From Octopus vulgaris (taxonomy: Eukaryota), in contig OX597817.1 of assembly GCA_951406725.2 (NCBI GenBank), positions 24,056,001 through 24,120,000 on the forward strand: a stretch of DNA of 64,000 nucleotides, read 5' to 3'. This document shows positions 1 through 12,352 of the stretch, in pieces. The position numbers and the translations under genes are program-made. The notes beneath the pieces were generated by a model. The model ran no database searches, had not been told where the DNA came from, and saw only the letters and a program-made list of their open reading frames with translations. Position 1 is the first letter of the stretch. Every line of letters begins with the position of its first letter.

Positions 1-330
1 CTCTATAGGTGAGTGAATTGCTTGACACACTTGACACATCAGGGCATTGACAAAATGTCTCTCCTTATTTGCTTTGATTCTTTATATTCTGAACTCAAAT
101 CCCGTTGAGTTTGATTTTCTCTTTCACTACCATGCAAGAACTTGATATATTCAACAGTACATATTCAAAAGTAGACTAGACAATATTTAGTAACTGCTCT
201 TTACCTTCTGAACCCAAATCTTGTTGAGTTTGACATAATAAAGAATGACTCAACTACAGGAGTCTATTTTATTGATTATCCAATCGACACAAATTTGTGG
301 CATTGTGCTTATGTTAAAACCATTGTGTTT

Positions 331-795
331 GCGTGGCAGAAGCGTTAGAACATGGTCATAATGTCAGGCAATATTCATTTCAGTTTTTTTACGTTTCCTG
401 TTCAAAATACTCACAGGTTCAACTTCCACATTCAACTTTGAAAGGGTCGATAAAATATAATATATATATTTTTTTACTACCCACAAGGGGCTAAACACAG
501 AGGGGACAAACAAGGACAGACAAAGGGATTAAGTCGACTACATCGACCCCAGTGCGTAACTGGTACTTAATTTATCGATCCCCAAAGGATGAAAGGCAAA
601 GTCGACCTCGGCGGAATTTGAACTCAGAACGCAGCGGCGGACGAAATACCGCAAAGCATTTCGCCCGGCGTGCTAACGATTCTGCCAGCTCGCCGCTAAA
701 ATATAATATATATCGGAGATAATCTGACGATGGCTTAAGCGATTAATATTCCCTTTTCAATTTTCTGGCTTTGTGCCCATCATAATGATATTTAT
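331..795 (+). mobile_element. Old, degenerate Nin-domain-like SINE, split by a younger copy of the same family
   Basis: Decayed head gtggcagaagcgttagaac, then gttcaaa and gggtcgataaaat. It resumes after 713 with tail-like tttctggctttgtgcc and resembles the copies at 49157 and 61544. Confidence 0.55.
468..696 (-). mobile_element. tRNA-derived SINE with Nin/Deu-domain-like core (family B)
   Basis: Minus strand reads gcggcgagctggcagaatcgttagc...gagttcaaattcc (A/B boxes), then gcctttcatcctttggggatcgataaattaagtacc. A 17-bp TSD taaaatataatatatat lies at 451-467 and 697-713. Confidence 0.9.
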
Positions 796-1550
796 TATTA
801 TAATATTATTCTTTATAAGTCATAGTTATCCCTATTATCTCATATTGCCCATTGTCATATGTGATTAATTTTGGCAGATTATCTTGCCATTCTTTAAAAA
901 TCTACAGAATAATATTTCACAAAATGAATGTTTGTTTCACAATAATATTATTCAAATATAATTCAGTGGTTTAATGACGAATTTGACAATTGGCGATTTG
1001 GAGATAAACAATGGAAATTCGTTCTGTCACTTTAGAAGGAGAAGTGATGAGAGAAAGTGAGTGGGGTTCCATGAGCTAGCTTGACGATTAAGAGCAGTAT
1101 TTTTAATGACAATTGGCAGACATAAGTCGTCGCAATGTTTTGATTATCTTTAAATCAAATGCAAATTCAAAGTAAGTAGTTCGAAGCAGAAGAAAATGAA
1201 AATTATAATCTTTAGTAATATAGAGAAAGACTATGTTACAATGACCTTGCAAGACCTTTGCCCAGTAACTAAAACCAGAAGATCATGTAATGTAATCTAG
1301 GATGAGCCACACTAGTTTTTAATGCACTACTCTAACAAAGAAAATAGAAACATTTTAATTTAAACAAGTGTAACCCATTACTAAGAAAAATAAAACCTTA
1401 TTAACAATACCCAGTTTCTATGGAAATTTAAGGTCTTTCTATCTTGTATATATCAGTGTATCTTCCTCTTCTTATCTAGATTTTATGCATAACTTAAAGT
1501 GATCATTACTGTCATTCATCCGCTGATGGTCCTTGAGATGCAGTATATCA

Positions 1551-1798
1551 TCTATTATATAAAATCCGTTCTGTCTGTCTGTGTGTGTGTCTTCTAGGAT
1601 CTCGGGCATCCTCCATCCGATTGCGCTCAAATTTGATATGTAGATACCGACGGAATCAAGATGTGTATAAGCCTTGAAAGAATTACAAAAGTCGATTTCA
1701 GGTGAGAATGTGATCGATAAAGACAAGTTGTTTTGAGAAAATTTGGTTTAAATGCTTGACAACTCAGCACCGTCAATTGGACGGGGTCGTTTTGCTCG
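1551..1798 (+). mobile_element. Non-autonomous Helitron
   Basis: 5' TCTATTATATAAAA plus (ctgt)n and a ccgatt..aaattt motif. The 3' hairpin ccgtc-aattg-gacgg is followed by CTCG (CTRR-like). It sits between A and T. Confidence 0.7.
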
Positions 1799-1827
1799 TA
1801 ATATAATAATGCAGTATATCACAATAT

Positions 1828-2145
1828 AAACAAGAGTACTCAGAGAGCCAAGGCAACTCCAACGTGCTCTCAACAAGTAGTCAGAGATGATTTTTAAAAT
1901 GAATATATCGGAAATAAACTCGGCGGCTCTCACAAACGAGAATACTAAAAATGATCCCGACCGCTCTCAAAAATTAAGTAAAAGAACAGAAAAAATAGTA
2001 CAGAATCCTTGTCTGGTATTGGATCGATCCCCAAATTTAATCAGTTCATGCCAGTTACGAGGCCAAACATTTCTGAAAATTTCATCTGTATCCATCCAGC
2101 GGTTCTTAGGATATCTTGCCCACGGACAAACAAACAAATGCGACT
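1828..2145 (-). mobile_element. Helentron-associated (HINE/DINE-like) non-autonomous element, partial
   Basis: Reverse complement of the element at 13310-14362 (acaagagtactcagagagc..., ggatcgatccccaaa, (acaa)n). Confidence 0.65.
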
Positions 2146-2929
2146 AGTGTACTATAATATAATATAATATAATATAAAATAGTATGTTATACGCGAGCGC
2201 AGTTCCTGTCAATAAATCGTCCACTAGCTCTGTGATTTCACATTACTCTGGAATGAAATTCCTTCATTGAAAAATAAGTAACTGTTGGTGACCAGAAGAA
2301 AATGTGGCTGTGAAGCATCTGATTCAATTACCTTACAGTATATCATACACACGCCCACACACACACACACACATACACACACTGATGGAAGAAAAGGGGG
2401 CTAACTTCCAACATAACCCTTTGTTGGAATGCAAGCGAATAGTTGTGGATAGATAGATAGATATAGATTAAGATATATTTTCAATGTTACTGGTCACCGA
2501 ACATTCTATCTTCACCAGCTAAAAGTTTCCACTTTCTTCGTCTGCATAGCAAAATAGTTTAACTTGTGATTACTTTTGCTACTATTTGCCATTGTAGGCG
2601 ATTCTTATAATATCCATTTTGTTGAGTATGTGTCTTCTCACGCTTGCATGGATTGCAAAGGGAATTCTTTTGAGACAGGATTTTACGCCTGGATGCTTTT
2701 TCTGTCACCAACTTTTCACTGTTTGCCAAATAAGCGATTCATAAGTCCAAATCGAATGTGAATTTTGTTATCGTTTGCTCAAGCGGTGATAATCGCAGAA
2801 TAGCATCATTCTTGTACGTTCTTGCAGTTTATATCTACTATATTTACTCACTATGTATGAGGCCGCCCGGAATTACATCGGAATCTAAGTTTACGAAGTG
2901 AACTTCTTAACTAAACACAGCTACATGTT

Positions 2930-3033
2930 TATATGTACACACATACACACACACATACATACATACATACATGTGTATGTATACATGCATACATACATGT
3001 GCATGTATGTATGTATATATATATATACATATA

Positions 3034-3120
<87 letters not shown>

Positions 3121-3175
3121 GTATATATGTATATATATATATGTATATATATAAATATATACTTTTATATATATA

Positions 3176-3232
<57 letters not shown>

Positions 3233-3300
3233 AAACATCAGGTTGTATGGTGTATTATCTATATTTTATGTATATTTGTATGTATGTATAAATATATGTA

Positions 3301-3361
<61 letters not shown>

Positions 3362-3362
3362 A
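2930..3362. repeat. Compound (AC)n/(ACAT)n/(AT)n microsatellite
   Basis: Direct reading; source of the YI-repeat ORFs. Confidence 0.95.
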
Positions 3363-3379
3363 TATTTGCATGTAAACAT

Positions 3380-4030
3380 TATACCAATGGTAGTGGCAAG
3401 TGCAGGCTTCGTAACATGGTAAGATGGCTCATCTGGAAATGTTCCTTTGACCCAACTCCATGTCTAAATTCAAGAGCTGAACTTTTTGGATCATGTCCAT
3501 ATGTGCCAAATACCTGTTATGGTTTTATCTTTAAAATATATCCTACTAGGCTCATTAATAACCCCTAACCCTGGAACTCATTTTCTCCTCCCACTACTCT
3601 CTATCTAAATACCTCCCAACTTCTATCTCCTAATATACTTAGTTCTCCGCCAAATCATTCCATGTTTAATCTCCTTTCTCTCAATACCTCATATGCAAAA
3701 CTTCTTCCTTGAAGACGGAGGCTGGTATTATCCGATGATGGAATAAATTTACAATCATTATTTGGGACCACCAAGTCCTCAGAAACAGCTGTTAGACTCG
3801 TAAAACTTTTATTCGGCCCTTTTAATTCCTGATATCATTTCTATCCTGTGTAATTCGGATCTTTTTATGTGTAAACACATGTACATTTCTTGTATTAAAT
3901 GTGTTTAATATTGTTTATATATCGACTTACCTAACTTGCTTATCCTTACATTTCCTCTGGTACCTGCTCAAATTTAAACCTCTTGAGCACTACGAAGTGT
4001 ATTTTATACGGAGAATATCTGTCTCTCATC
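3380..4030 (+). mobile_element. Penelope-like element terminal (pLTR) fragment with degenerate hammerhead at ~3701-3800
   Basis: ttgaagac-ggagg...cctca-gaaa-cagctg-tt has a CUGANGA/GAAA-like core and palindromic stem III. It ends in (AT)n. Confidence 0.5.
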
Positions 4031-4034
4031 TATA

Positions 4035-4045
4035 ATATATATATG

Positions 4046-4140
<95 letters not shown>
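4035..4140. repeat. (AT)n microsatellite
   Basis: Direct reading. Confidence 0.95.
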
Positions 4141-4529
4141 TTGAAGATAACACATTCAGTCTGCAAGTATATTAGAATTTGTGCAGTTGAAAATTATAAA
4201 ATTAAATTAAGTATTATCGATTCTTTAGATCTTGCTAATTTTTCTGGAAACAAATTTTGTTAGTCTGTTAGGAACTAGTTGTTACTATTCCAAAATGTTT
4301 GCGCGATTTAGATACAATTATGATAAGATGCAGACACGTATTGCCATTGTGCATTTTTTCCGTGTTTATCGTGAAGATAGCTGGGAAATTGGATTTTAAT
4401 CGAAATCTAAAACTAAATGTGATATGACAATGCGAAATATAAAAATTTATTATCAAAATTTCCCGAAGATAATCTCAATTATTTGAAAACTGGGCAAATA
4501 TGCGTCAGTAAACTGTATTTGCCTATAGT

Positions 4530-5330
4530 AGATATCTATTCAATGTTTTCTTTGGATTCACCAGTATTGCTTTCAACAAATATTTTGAAACTGGAATATT
4601 GTTTGCCCACTGCAATGTAGTGCATCGCTGGTCATAGACAAAACAGTCATCGGTAAGTAAATTCTCATAAATTTCTTCAGTTTCGTTTATCGTCACTGCA
4701 AAAGCAGTTTAGATAGAAATGCTTTTTTCATGGTGGTGCCCCAAGACGAGCTCTACCAATAGTGAAGAAGAGCCGACTAATTACAATTCGTGAAGCCCTG
4801 TATTTAAATGTCACATTTGCGTGCTAGACATTAGGCAGCACAAACACTTAATGAACACAAGAACTGATAAACAGGTCATTGAGGCCTCGATATTATCATC
4901 AAAGAAAGGCGGCGAGCTGGCAGAGTCGTTAGCATGGTGAACGAAAGTGAAAGCAAATTCATTGTTCTGTCCCGGCTAGACAAATTTGAGACCTTTCATA
5001 GTTCTGACTAAGATTTCACATTCAATAATTCTTTTCATCAACTGGATAGCTATTCTTGTCCTTTTTCGGAGACACTACGTTGAACTTGTTCATAAATTAC
5101 GTAAGAGAATAATAGGTTTATTCAATTTTCAGCGCCAGATTACGATCGGGTAGACCGGATGATTTTTTCGTCATTGAGAAATTCTTTTGGTATTATGTGT
5201 TTCTGTTCGTCTTCTAGTACTGATTTAGCAATGGCAAGGAAAATCTCTAAGCCCGGGTCACAACAAAGTCATGGGAAGCAGCATGGCGGATGTCATGTTG
5301 GGCGTATTGAACTTTATTCGGCGTATGATC
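4530..5330 (-). pseudogene. Decayed Helitron RepHel (PIF1-type helicase) C-terminal fragment
   Basis: Frameshifted minus-strand peptides PKEFLN..SGLPDRNLALK, PIILLRNL, TRIAIQLMKRIIECEIL and AFAVTIN match the Helitron helicase motifs YPTEFLN/PSGLPPH/PIMLLRNL/CNGTRL/AFAMTINK. A SINE-B head fragment sits at ~4907-4945. Confidence 0.75.
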
Positions 5331-5398
5331 TTCATTTGGCGAAAATATACGACACAGTCTGAACAGAAGAGCCTCTTCAGACAACGGTCAGTCTAGGG

Positions 5399-5739
5399 CA
5401 GGCCTGGGCAACTCGAATTACATTGCGGGCCATTTTAATCACAGAAAGTTTTTTGTGAGCCACTTGGATACTAACAGAATGGAAAGTATTTTGCTTTCTC
5501 ACGCTATTATTCCAAAAATGAATGAATGATCGTTGATTCAACGTGGAATATTATCGATGCAAAAAAAGCAGTAGTATCTGTATATTTCTTATTTCTTTTT
5601 CATTACAAACTTTAATTTTTGATAAAACTTTTTTAAATGATTATTTAAATAAATTCATTTCAAGAAAGTACCAAGCGGACCACACGATAAAAGTCTGAGG
5701 GCCGCATGTGACCCGTGGACCTCGGGTTGGCCATCCCTG
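5399..5739 (+). mobile_element. hAT (Charlie-like) MITE
   Basis: Termini caggcctgggcaac / gttggccatccctg with gcgggcc-type subterminal motifs. Exact 8-bp TSD gtctaggg at 5391-5398 and 5740-5747. Confidence 0.85.
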
Positions 5740-5866
5740 GTCTAGGGTCAACCAATCCAGTTAGCGGATTAGTCTGTTGATAGAACTGGCAGTTCATCAA
5801 CTCACTTTAGCTACTTGAAAATACTATAGTTTAGAGCCTTGTAGTGTCAGCAATTAAATATGGATG

Positions 5867-5898
5867 ACTACTACTACTACTACTACTAGTAGTAGTAC

Positions 5899-5935
<37 letters not shown>

Positions 5936-5950
5936 TGTAGTAGTAGTAGT
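5867..5950. repeat. (CTA)n/(TAG)n microsatellite, self-complementary arrangement
   Basis: Direct reading. Confidence 0.9.
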
Positions 5951-6109
5951 ATATTGCTTGATATTATTGAAGCATATTGGTCCTTGATCAAGGAAAATTC
6001 TCATGTAGAATCCTTCTCCATGAAGTAGGGAGCCATTTTTTTTCTCTTTGGAATAGCCTGTAGTCATCCATTTGCTTAGGTTGCTTTTCTATTCATTGGT
6101 TGTGGTGCA

Positions 6110-6337
6110 CCTGGTGAAATAAATATTGTATCGAAGTCGCGTATTGTCCTTACCTTCGAAACGCGGAATAGCTGAAACAGGGACAACTGAAGAAGGGGAA
6201 TATTCTTTATGTTGTATGTCTCGTTCTCTGTTTGTTTCTTCGTTGTTCGAAAAAAGTTCGTTTCTATGTTTTTGCTTTTATGTTTTCGTTTATCATAGTG
6301 TTCAACGTTTTTTATGTCCTGTACCCATATATGCATG

Positions 6338-6340
<3 letters not shown>
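6110..6340 (+). mobile_element. Interspersed repeat, probable Penelope-related non-autonomous fragment
   Basis: gaaacagggacaactgaagaagg... A second copy lies on the minus strand at 56320-56510. Ends in (AT)/(GT)n. Confidence 0.55.
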
Positions 6341-6406
<66 letters not shown>

Positions 6407-6501
6407 GTATTACATATATGTATGTATATATGCATATATTCATATAGTATTTATATTATTATCTGATCGAACGCTACGCATCCTTTTCCAAGTAAGTTTT
6501 A

Positions 6502-6504
<3 letters not shown>

Positions 6505-6545
<41 letters not shown>

Positions 6546-6581
6546 GCATTATGACCCGGCAACGCCGGGTCATAGTGCTAG
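6505..6581 (+). mobile_element. Minimal Helitron or isolated Helitron 3' end
   Basis: (TC)n(TA)n, then hairpin gcattatgacccggc-aac-gccgggtcatagtgc ending in CTAG followed by T. Confidence 0.6.
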
Positions 6582-6719
6582 TGCATGTATATATGTGTAT
6601 ATATATGTGTACATATTATATATACATCTATATATATATATACATCTTCACATAAAATACAAAATACAAAGTTATATCTTAATGTCGCTAGTGATAACAA
6701 TACTCAAAATATATAACAG

Positions 6720-7674
6720 ACTGGAATTGCAGGCCCGTCTCTTGCAATTTCGATCAATTGTATCTTGTCCTCCCTCTTGTATAGAAGTGTGGCTACAATC
6801 CAGCCTACCTCTGCTTCTGGGGGGACATTTTAAATTTTTATCCGGGACGTCCGACGTCCCAGATATAAAGGTAAAAATAAATTATTTCCACTTTGCAAGG
6901 TTCGAGTTGAGTACTCCCTTGTACGCTCCGTTGACTCGAACCTTGCTTCTATTGTGGCGAATTTACCGCCTCTAGTTAGATACTTAATATCTTTCATATT
7001 CGCACCAAGACACTTTTCGATGTTCAAATCTTTTTTTCTCTACATTGTATACTTTATAGACAATAGTCTTTTCTTTAATTTAATTTTTTATTTCGTTTGG
7101 TGGTGTTATCCTAGATTCATCGTCTTTGTCGGTGATCAATCCGAAATAGGTTTGTATTTCTTCCATTTTAATTTTAATGAGTTCGCGCCAGCCGACGGCT
7201 GCAGCGAAATTCATTTTTGGACTTTCTTCTATCGAAGACATTTTAACAAAAATGCTTCCGTATAAACGGTGAAAATATTGTCAATTTCCCCAAACAGGGG
7301 CACAATTCTATTTTTAAACAATAACCAAAGCTCCTTCTCCCAAAGGGGAAGGGTTATGATTTACAATTATTTAACAAATTCAACACAACAACCTTTCCCT
7401 TACGAGGAACCAACAAACGTGATAACACTAGTTAAACAGTAATAATAATAATAACAACAAACCTTACGGTGAATCAAAAAGCAGTACGCAGTTGAAGTTA
7501 TAGTCCTTTATGTATAAGAAATAAACCAACAACAGTACTCAGTAGAAGCGTCTGTTCGAGAAAATAGATATTACATACAGCCAAATTTCATATAGATACT
7601 TAATGCTAGATAATTAGCAGATAATCTAATGTAAAAGCCGTGGTAAAAGGTATGTGCACAGCTCCATCTGGACT
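6720..7674 (-). mobile_element. Tx1/L1-type LINE 5' fragment (5'UTR plus decayed ORF1)
   Basis: Minus strand gives MSSIEESPKMNFAAAVG from ~7241, then LPLYLGRRTSRIKI / NVPPEAEVGWIVA, which resembles Tx1-type ORF1. Confidence 0.55.
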
Positions 7675-7849
7675 ATTCCATTTCTGCACACTAATTTTAT
7701 TTTTAATTTATTCCCATTCAGGTGAAACCACTTATTCAAGTTCAAGTCATTGATGTAATTTTATACCAATTGCTATTTTTACATTTGTTATGTTACGATT
7801 ATATTATGCTTTAGTTTGATTTTAATTATTGCTTACTACATATAATTCA

Positions 7850-8126
7850 ATTGTTATTATTATTTTTATTGTTAAAGTGAAAGTATCTGACATAAATTAG
7901 AGAAATGTTTTTGTTTCACTTTTAACACGTAATACTGAAATAGTGGAGAAGATATGAGATTGCTATGGGCTCACTCTAGGCAAGAAGTTGAACATTGTTT
8001 TGCCCATGAAATTACATGAGCCCTAAGTAAAATTTGAATGAAATTGGTTGTGTAGTTCTAAAGTTTTAGGGAAACACACAGACAGACAGACAGACCGACA
8101 CACATTCTCAGTTTTATATATATAGA
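7850..8126 (-). mobile_element. Non-autonomous Helitron 5' part
   Basis: Minus strand begins tctatatatataaaactgagaatgtgtg(tctg)n...ccaatttcattcaaattt. Confidence 0.6.
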
Positions 8127-8127
8127 A

Positions 8128-8335
<208 letters not shown>

Positions 8336-9184
8336 AATATTGACTCTCAATTCATTGTCTATGATTTCGCTATACGACTTTTTGAAAGTTGAAATCTATG
8401 AAGATAATTTTAGCAAACAATTAAATGCACCAACGCAGATGCGTAAAGTCAGTCAGTATTTTCAACATTTTATTGCTACTGCGTACGACGACCACCGCCG
8501 AGTCTTACCAATATAATTACCTCCCGACAAACTATTTCAGTTCTTAACATATCGAATGCACACAGGGACAAACATATAGACAGTTGTGTTTGTGTGTGTA
8601 CATACGTATCTGTCTTTGTGTATGTACGTACGTATCTATGTGTGTGTGTATGTGTGTGATTTTTACGTCAGCGTTCTTTGTTCTCCTATCTGTAAGCGAC
8701 ACGACTACCCGACAGTAACGCACTTAGTATAACTCAAATTATATCTTGATTCTCTATCTCTCTCCTTCTCCCTCTCCCCCTCTCTCTCTTTTCTCCTCTC
8801 TTTCTTTCTCCCCCCTCTCTCTCTCTCTCTCTCTCTCTTTCTCCACCTTCTCTCACCCTCACGCTCTTTGTCGGCACAGTAACCACTTTTACTTTGAATT
8901 ATTTCCCTTAATGTGACAGCTTCCATTACTATGATATTAATATTATGATAGTTATACACGCACACATACATACGTACATATATTGATATATATATACATA
9001 TGCACATACACACACACACACACACATTAAATATAAATCTAACTTCACACATTTAAGTGAACTGTTTATCCAAATAAATCATTTATGCAAAAACCAACAA
9101 ATAACATCTCACAGTTTAAGTGTTATTGGGTCACTCGATTAACTCAAATGACTTACATCTTTCCTATTACAATAGTAATAGCTA

Positions 9185-10383
9185 TGCGATGGGGTACTCT
9201 GTGAGACAAGCCCGTTGTAGTTCGGGGTTTCGCCGTTCGAAGTGACTTGATAAAACCCCCAGGAATCAGTACGCTGACCGGTGTTTGTGGATTTTTGCGA
9301 TGGCTGAAATTCTGTTTTCTGCTGGGGAAAACGGCGACCGAAACAGTCGTAATGCTTCAAACAGCTTACAAAGACGCTTCCATGATCAAAACGCAAGTTT
9401 CCGAATGGTTTTTCGCGTTTTAGGAATGGTCACTTGTCGCTTGAAGATCTACTTCGTTCAGGGTGACTGTCGAACTCCCGAACAAATGAAAACATTATGA
9501 AAACTCATATGGAGTCATAACTGAACATTTGACGAACTTGTGGATATGACTGGTGTGTCCTAGAACTCCTACCAACGAATTTTGAGCGAGGAATTGTAAA
9601 TGAAAAGAGTTGTGCCTCAATTGCTCACGGAAAATCAAAAGCAGTCATGATTGAATGCGTGTCATTAATGGATGACGAAAGCTGGGGCTACGGAATTTGC
9701 AGATATGGAAGTGGTAAAAGAAAAAACGACAGAGGCGTTAAAAAACATCTCTTTTCAAGAATTCCAGCACTGCTTCGAACAGTGGAAAACGCGTCTGGAT
9801 TGATGCATTGCTTCCAATGCAGAATACTTAGAAGGCGATGAATGTGTAAATATGTAAAAGGCGGAGGTAAAGGATATGGACCGCACCCACTTTCGGGGTT
9901 TTTTTTTGTTTTTCTACAGAAACCCACCTTCTCGACTGCGGAGATTCCGAATCTGCAAAAATAATCGGCATTTAAAAATTTTAATCCCTGCCAATTTTTC
10001 ACTTTTTTAGAAACCTTTTTGGCGAAATACGCAGAAAAATACGGAGATTATAATTCTGGAAAAAAAAGTTTTTTGAAAAATTGAATTTTTTTTTTTTTTT
10101 TCAGAATCATAATCTTCGTATTTTTCTACTTATTCCGCCAAATAATTTTCTAAAGGAAGTGAAAAATTCAGGGGTGAGGTGGATGGAGGATTATTAAAAG
10201 TTTGAAATGCAGATTTTATTTTTTTGCAGATTCGGTATCTCCGCAGTTGAAAAAGTGGGTTTCTGTAAAAAAAAAAAAAAACTGAAAGCGGGTGCGGTCC
10301 ATGACCTTTACCTCCACCCATGTAAAACTAAGTGAATAAAATTATATTGCAAAATTCCGGTTTCTTTTGGGTACCCCATCGTA
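9185..10383 (+). mobile_element. Internally deleted mariner transposon, interrupted by a MITE
   Basis: TIRs cgatggggtac / gtaccccatcgta. Decayed peptide FCFLLGKTATETVVMLQTAYKD..QVSEW..RFRNG..LED..RSG and C-terminal EYLEGD. Confidence 0.85.
9860..10319. mobile_element. Long-TIR MITE, Merlin-like (GG termini, 8-bp TSD)
   Basis: TIRs of ~125 bp, ggcggaggtaaagg... / ...cctttacctccaccc. TSD atgtaaaa at 9852-9859 and 10320-10327. Confidence 0.8.
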
Positions 10384-10913
10384 TGTGTGTATCTTTGCAT
10401 GTATACCAATGGCTTGCGAGGGAAATTGTAGATGGAGAATGTATGGAAGCTCCTCGTATGTATATGAGTGTTTATAAAATATTTACTTATATTATCTTAG
10501 ATACATTTCATTCACAAATGATGATTATTAGGTTTATAAGGCAATTTATATAATCAAGTTGCATCTGAGAAATAGTGGTTATTCCTTCGATGGCAAATCT
10601 ATCATAAATTTTACATTTCTGGGAAGATTTCACAATATAATTTCACTATGTAATTTGCCATGTATAACGATACTCGATCTTTGTTAATGAGGTGTACGTA
10701 AAATGATGTAACTAAATGTTTTATAGACTATTCCTCCTCTTTTATTTTTGTTTTCTCCATGTTCTTTGTGACACACTCCGGTACTGATTCATACAAAATG
10801 TTACAAAGACAATAATACATGTCTTTTATATAACCTCGCCATAGCTATATGAAAACACATACGGAATTTTTAACCACTGGTTATTTGTCATACAAGTTAA
10901 ATTTTAAATTATA

Positions 10914-11116
10914 CAGGTTTGGCAGAAAGTTTGGCCCTATTTCAAAGGTTAATAAGAAAAAAACACAAACATGAAGATACAAGAAAAAACAATGCTCTCT
11001 ACTCCAGGCTATGGTAGGTAATACCTGAAACAGGATAAAAAATGGTATTTAATGAACTTCATGTGTTTGTTTTTTATTAATCTTTGAAATCGAGGCAACC
11101 TTTCTGCTGCACCCTG
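10914..11116. mobile_element. Tc1/mariner-type MITE
   Basis: ta-caggtttggcagaaag..tttcaaag at the left and ctttgaaa..ttctgctgcaccctg at the right form imperfect TIRs. Confidence 0.6.
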
Positions 11117-11330
11117 TGTGTGTGTGTGTTTGTTTGTTTGTCTGTGCCCCACCACACTTGGCTACTAGTTTTAGTGTGTTAAAGTTCCTGTAACTTAGCA
11201 TTTTGACAAAAGAAAACATTAGAATAAATACCAGACTTAACAAAAAAAACATACAGGGGTCAATCTGTTTTATTAAATTACTACAAGGTGGTGCCCCAGC
11301 AGTCTCATGACTGAAATGAGTAACGGATGT
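11117..11330 (+). mobile_element. Degenerate 3' half of SINE family A
   Basis: gtaacttagc..gacaaaaga..agaataa..ggtggtgccccagc..tgactgaaatgagtaa. Confidence 0.6.
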
Positions 11331-12178
11331 AATATACACACACACACAAACACACACACATATGTATGTGTGTATGTGTTTAGGTATGTATGTACGTGCG
11401 CATGTATGTGTGTGTAATAAAATGGTTGAAACTGGAATACCTTTTGTCATAGATTTGCTGAATAATTATTGACTTGGGGATAAACAGGCTGATATTCTAC
11501 AATTTAATTGCCTAAGAATAATTTGTTGATAACATAGAGACTAAATGTGTTAAATTCTCATGCGATAGTTTTTATTCAAAACACAAATTCTAAACGAAAT
11601 AAATTGAAACAATATTCAGTATTTAAATTAAATATGTCGTTTTTAATTAAAATATATAAAAAGTAAATTCACAAAGAAATATAAAAATAACAAAAATTTA
11701 TAATTAGTAAAAATAAACATAAATTCCATATAGAAATAAAGGACCACATGAAAGGCGACATTCTATACTTAAAAGAATATCATGAAAATTGATGTCCAAC
11801 AATGGAATCAATAAACACAAAATGAAACTGGAACATATTAAAATAGAGCATTTATTGAGAGATGACAAAATGCATATTAAATTAGAGATGAAAAGAGCAT
11901 GTATAATATGAACAGTTACTAAATAAATGTCAAAAGATTTTCCACTTATAAATAACCCAATTTTTTTCAGGCATTGTGTAGCAATCATTAGACTACACTA
12001 CATTTTTAAATGTATCCTTTCTTTAATTCAAAGAGCCAGGTATATTTTATGGAATATTTGGCTATTTTTCCCAGCAGGTCGAGTCACCACTTAGAGGCTC
12101 CCTAGTTAGTTGATAGTGAGTTAATAGTAGAGATTTATATTCAGAACATCTAAAGTAAAAAGCATACTGCATAAACTA

Positions 12179-12352
12179 TTGTGTCTGGGGAGAGTCATTT
12201 TCCTTTTGTGCCTTATAATGTAACACACTCACCGGTGAAATTTCCACTTATTTCTTATATTTATTTTTATAAATAAGAAATAAGTGGCAATTTCACCGGT
12301 GAGTGTGTTACATTATAAGGCACAAAAAGAAAATTACTCTCCCCAGACACAA
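12179..12352. repeat. Near-perfect foldback palindrome (~80-bp arms, ~14-nt AT loop)
   Basis: ttgtgtctggggagagt...ccacttatttcttat / ataagaaataagtgg...actctccccagacacaa. Confidence 0.9.

Noticed and set aside
2898-3568. ORFs rich in YI/HT/CV repeats (also at 6.1-6.5, 8.1, 15.2-15.8, 37.4, 44.5, 48.5 and 63.6 kb)
   Set aside because: These are translations of (AT)n/(AC)n microsatellites, which lack stop codons; there is no coding signal.
6145-6200. ccttcgaaacgcg...ctgaagaagg as a permuted (type II) hammerhead
   Set aside because: No NUH cleavage site or stem I/III pairing could be placed between the two core strands.
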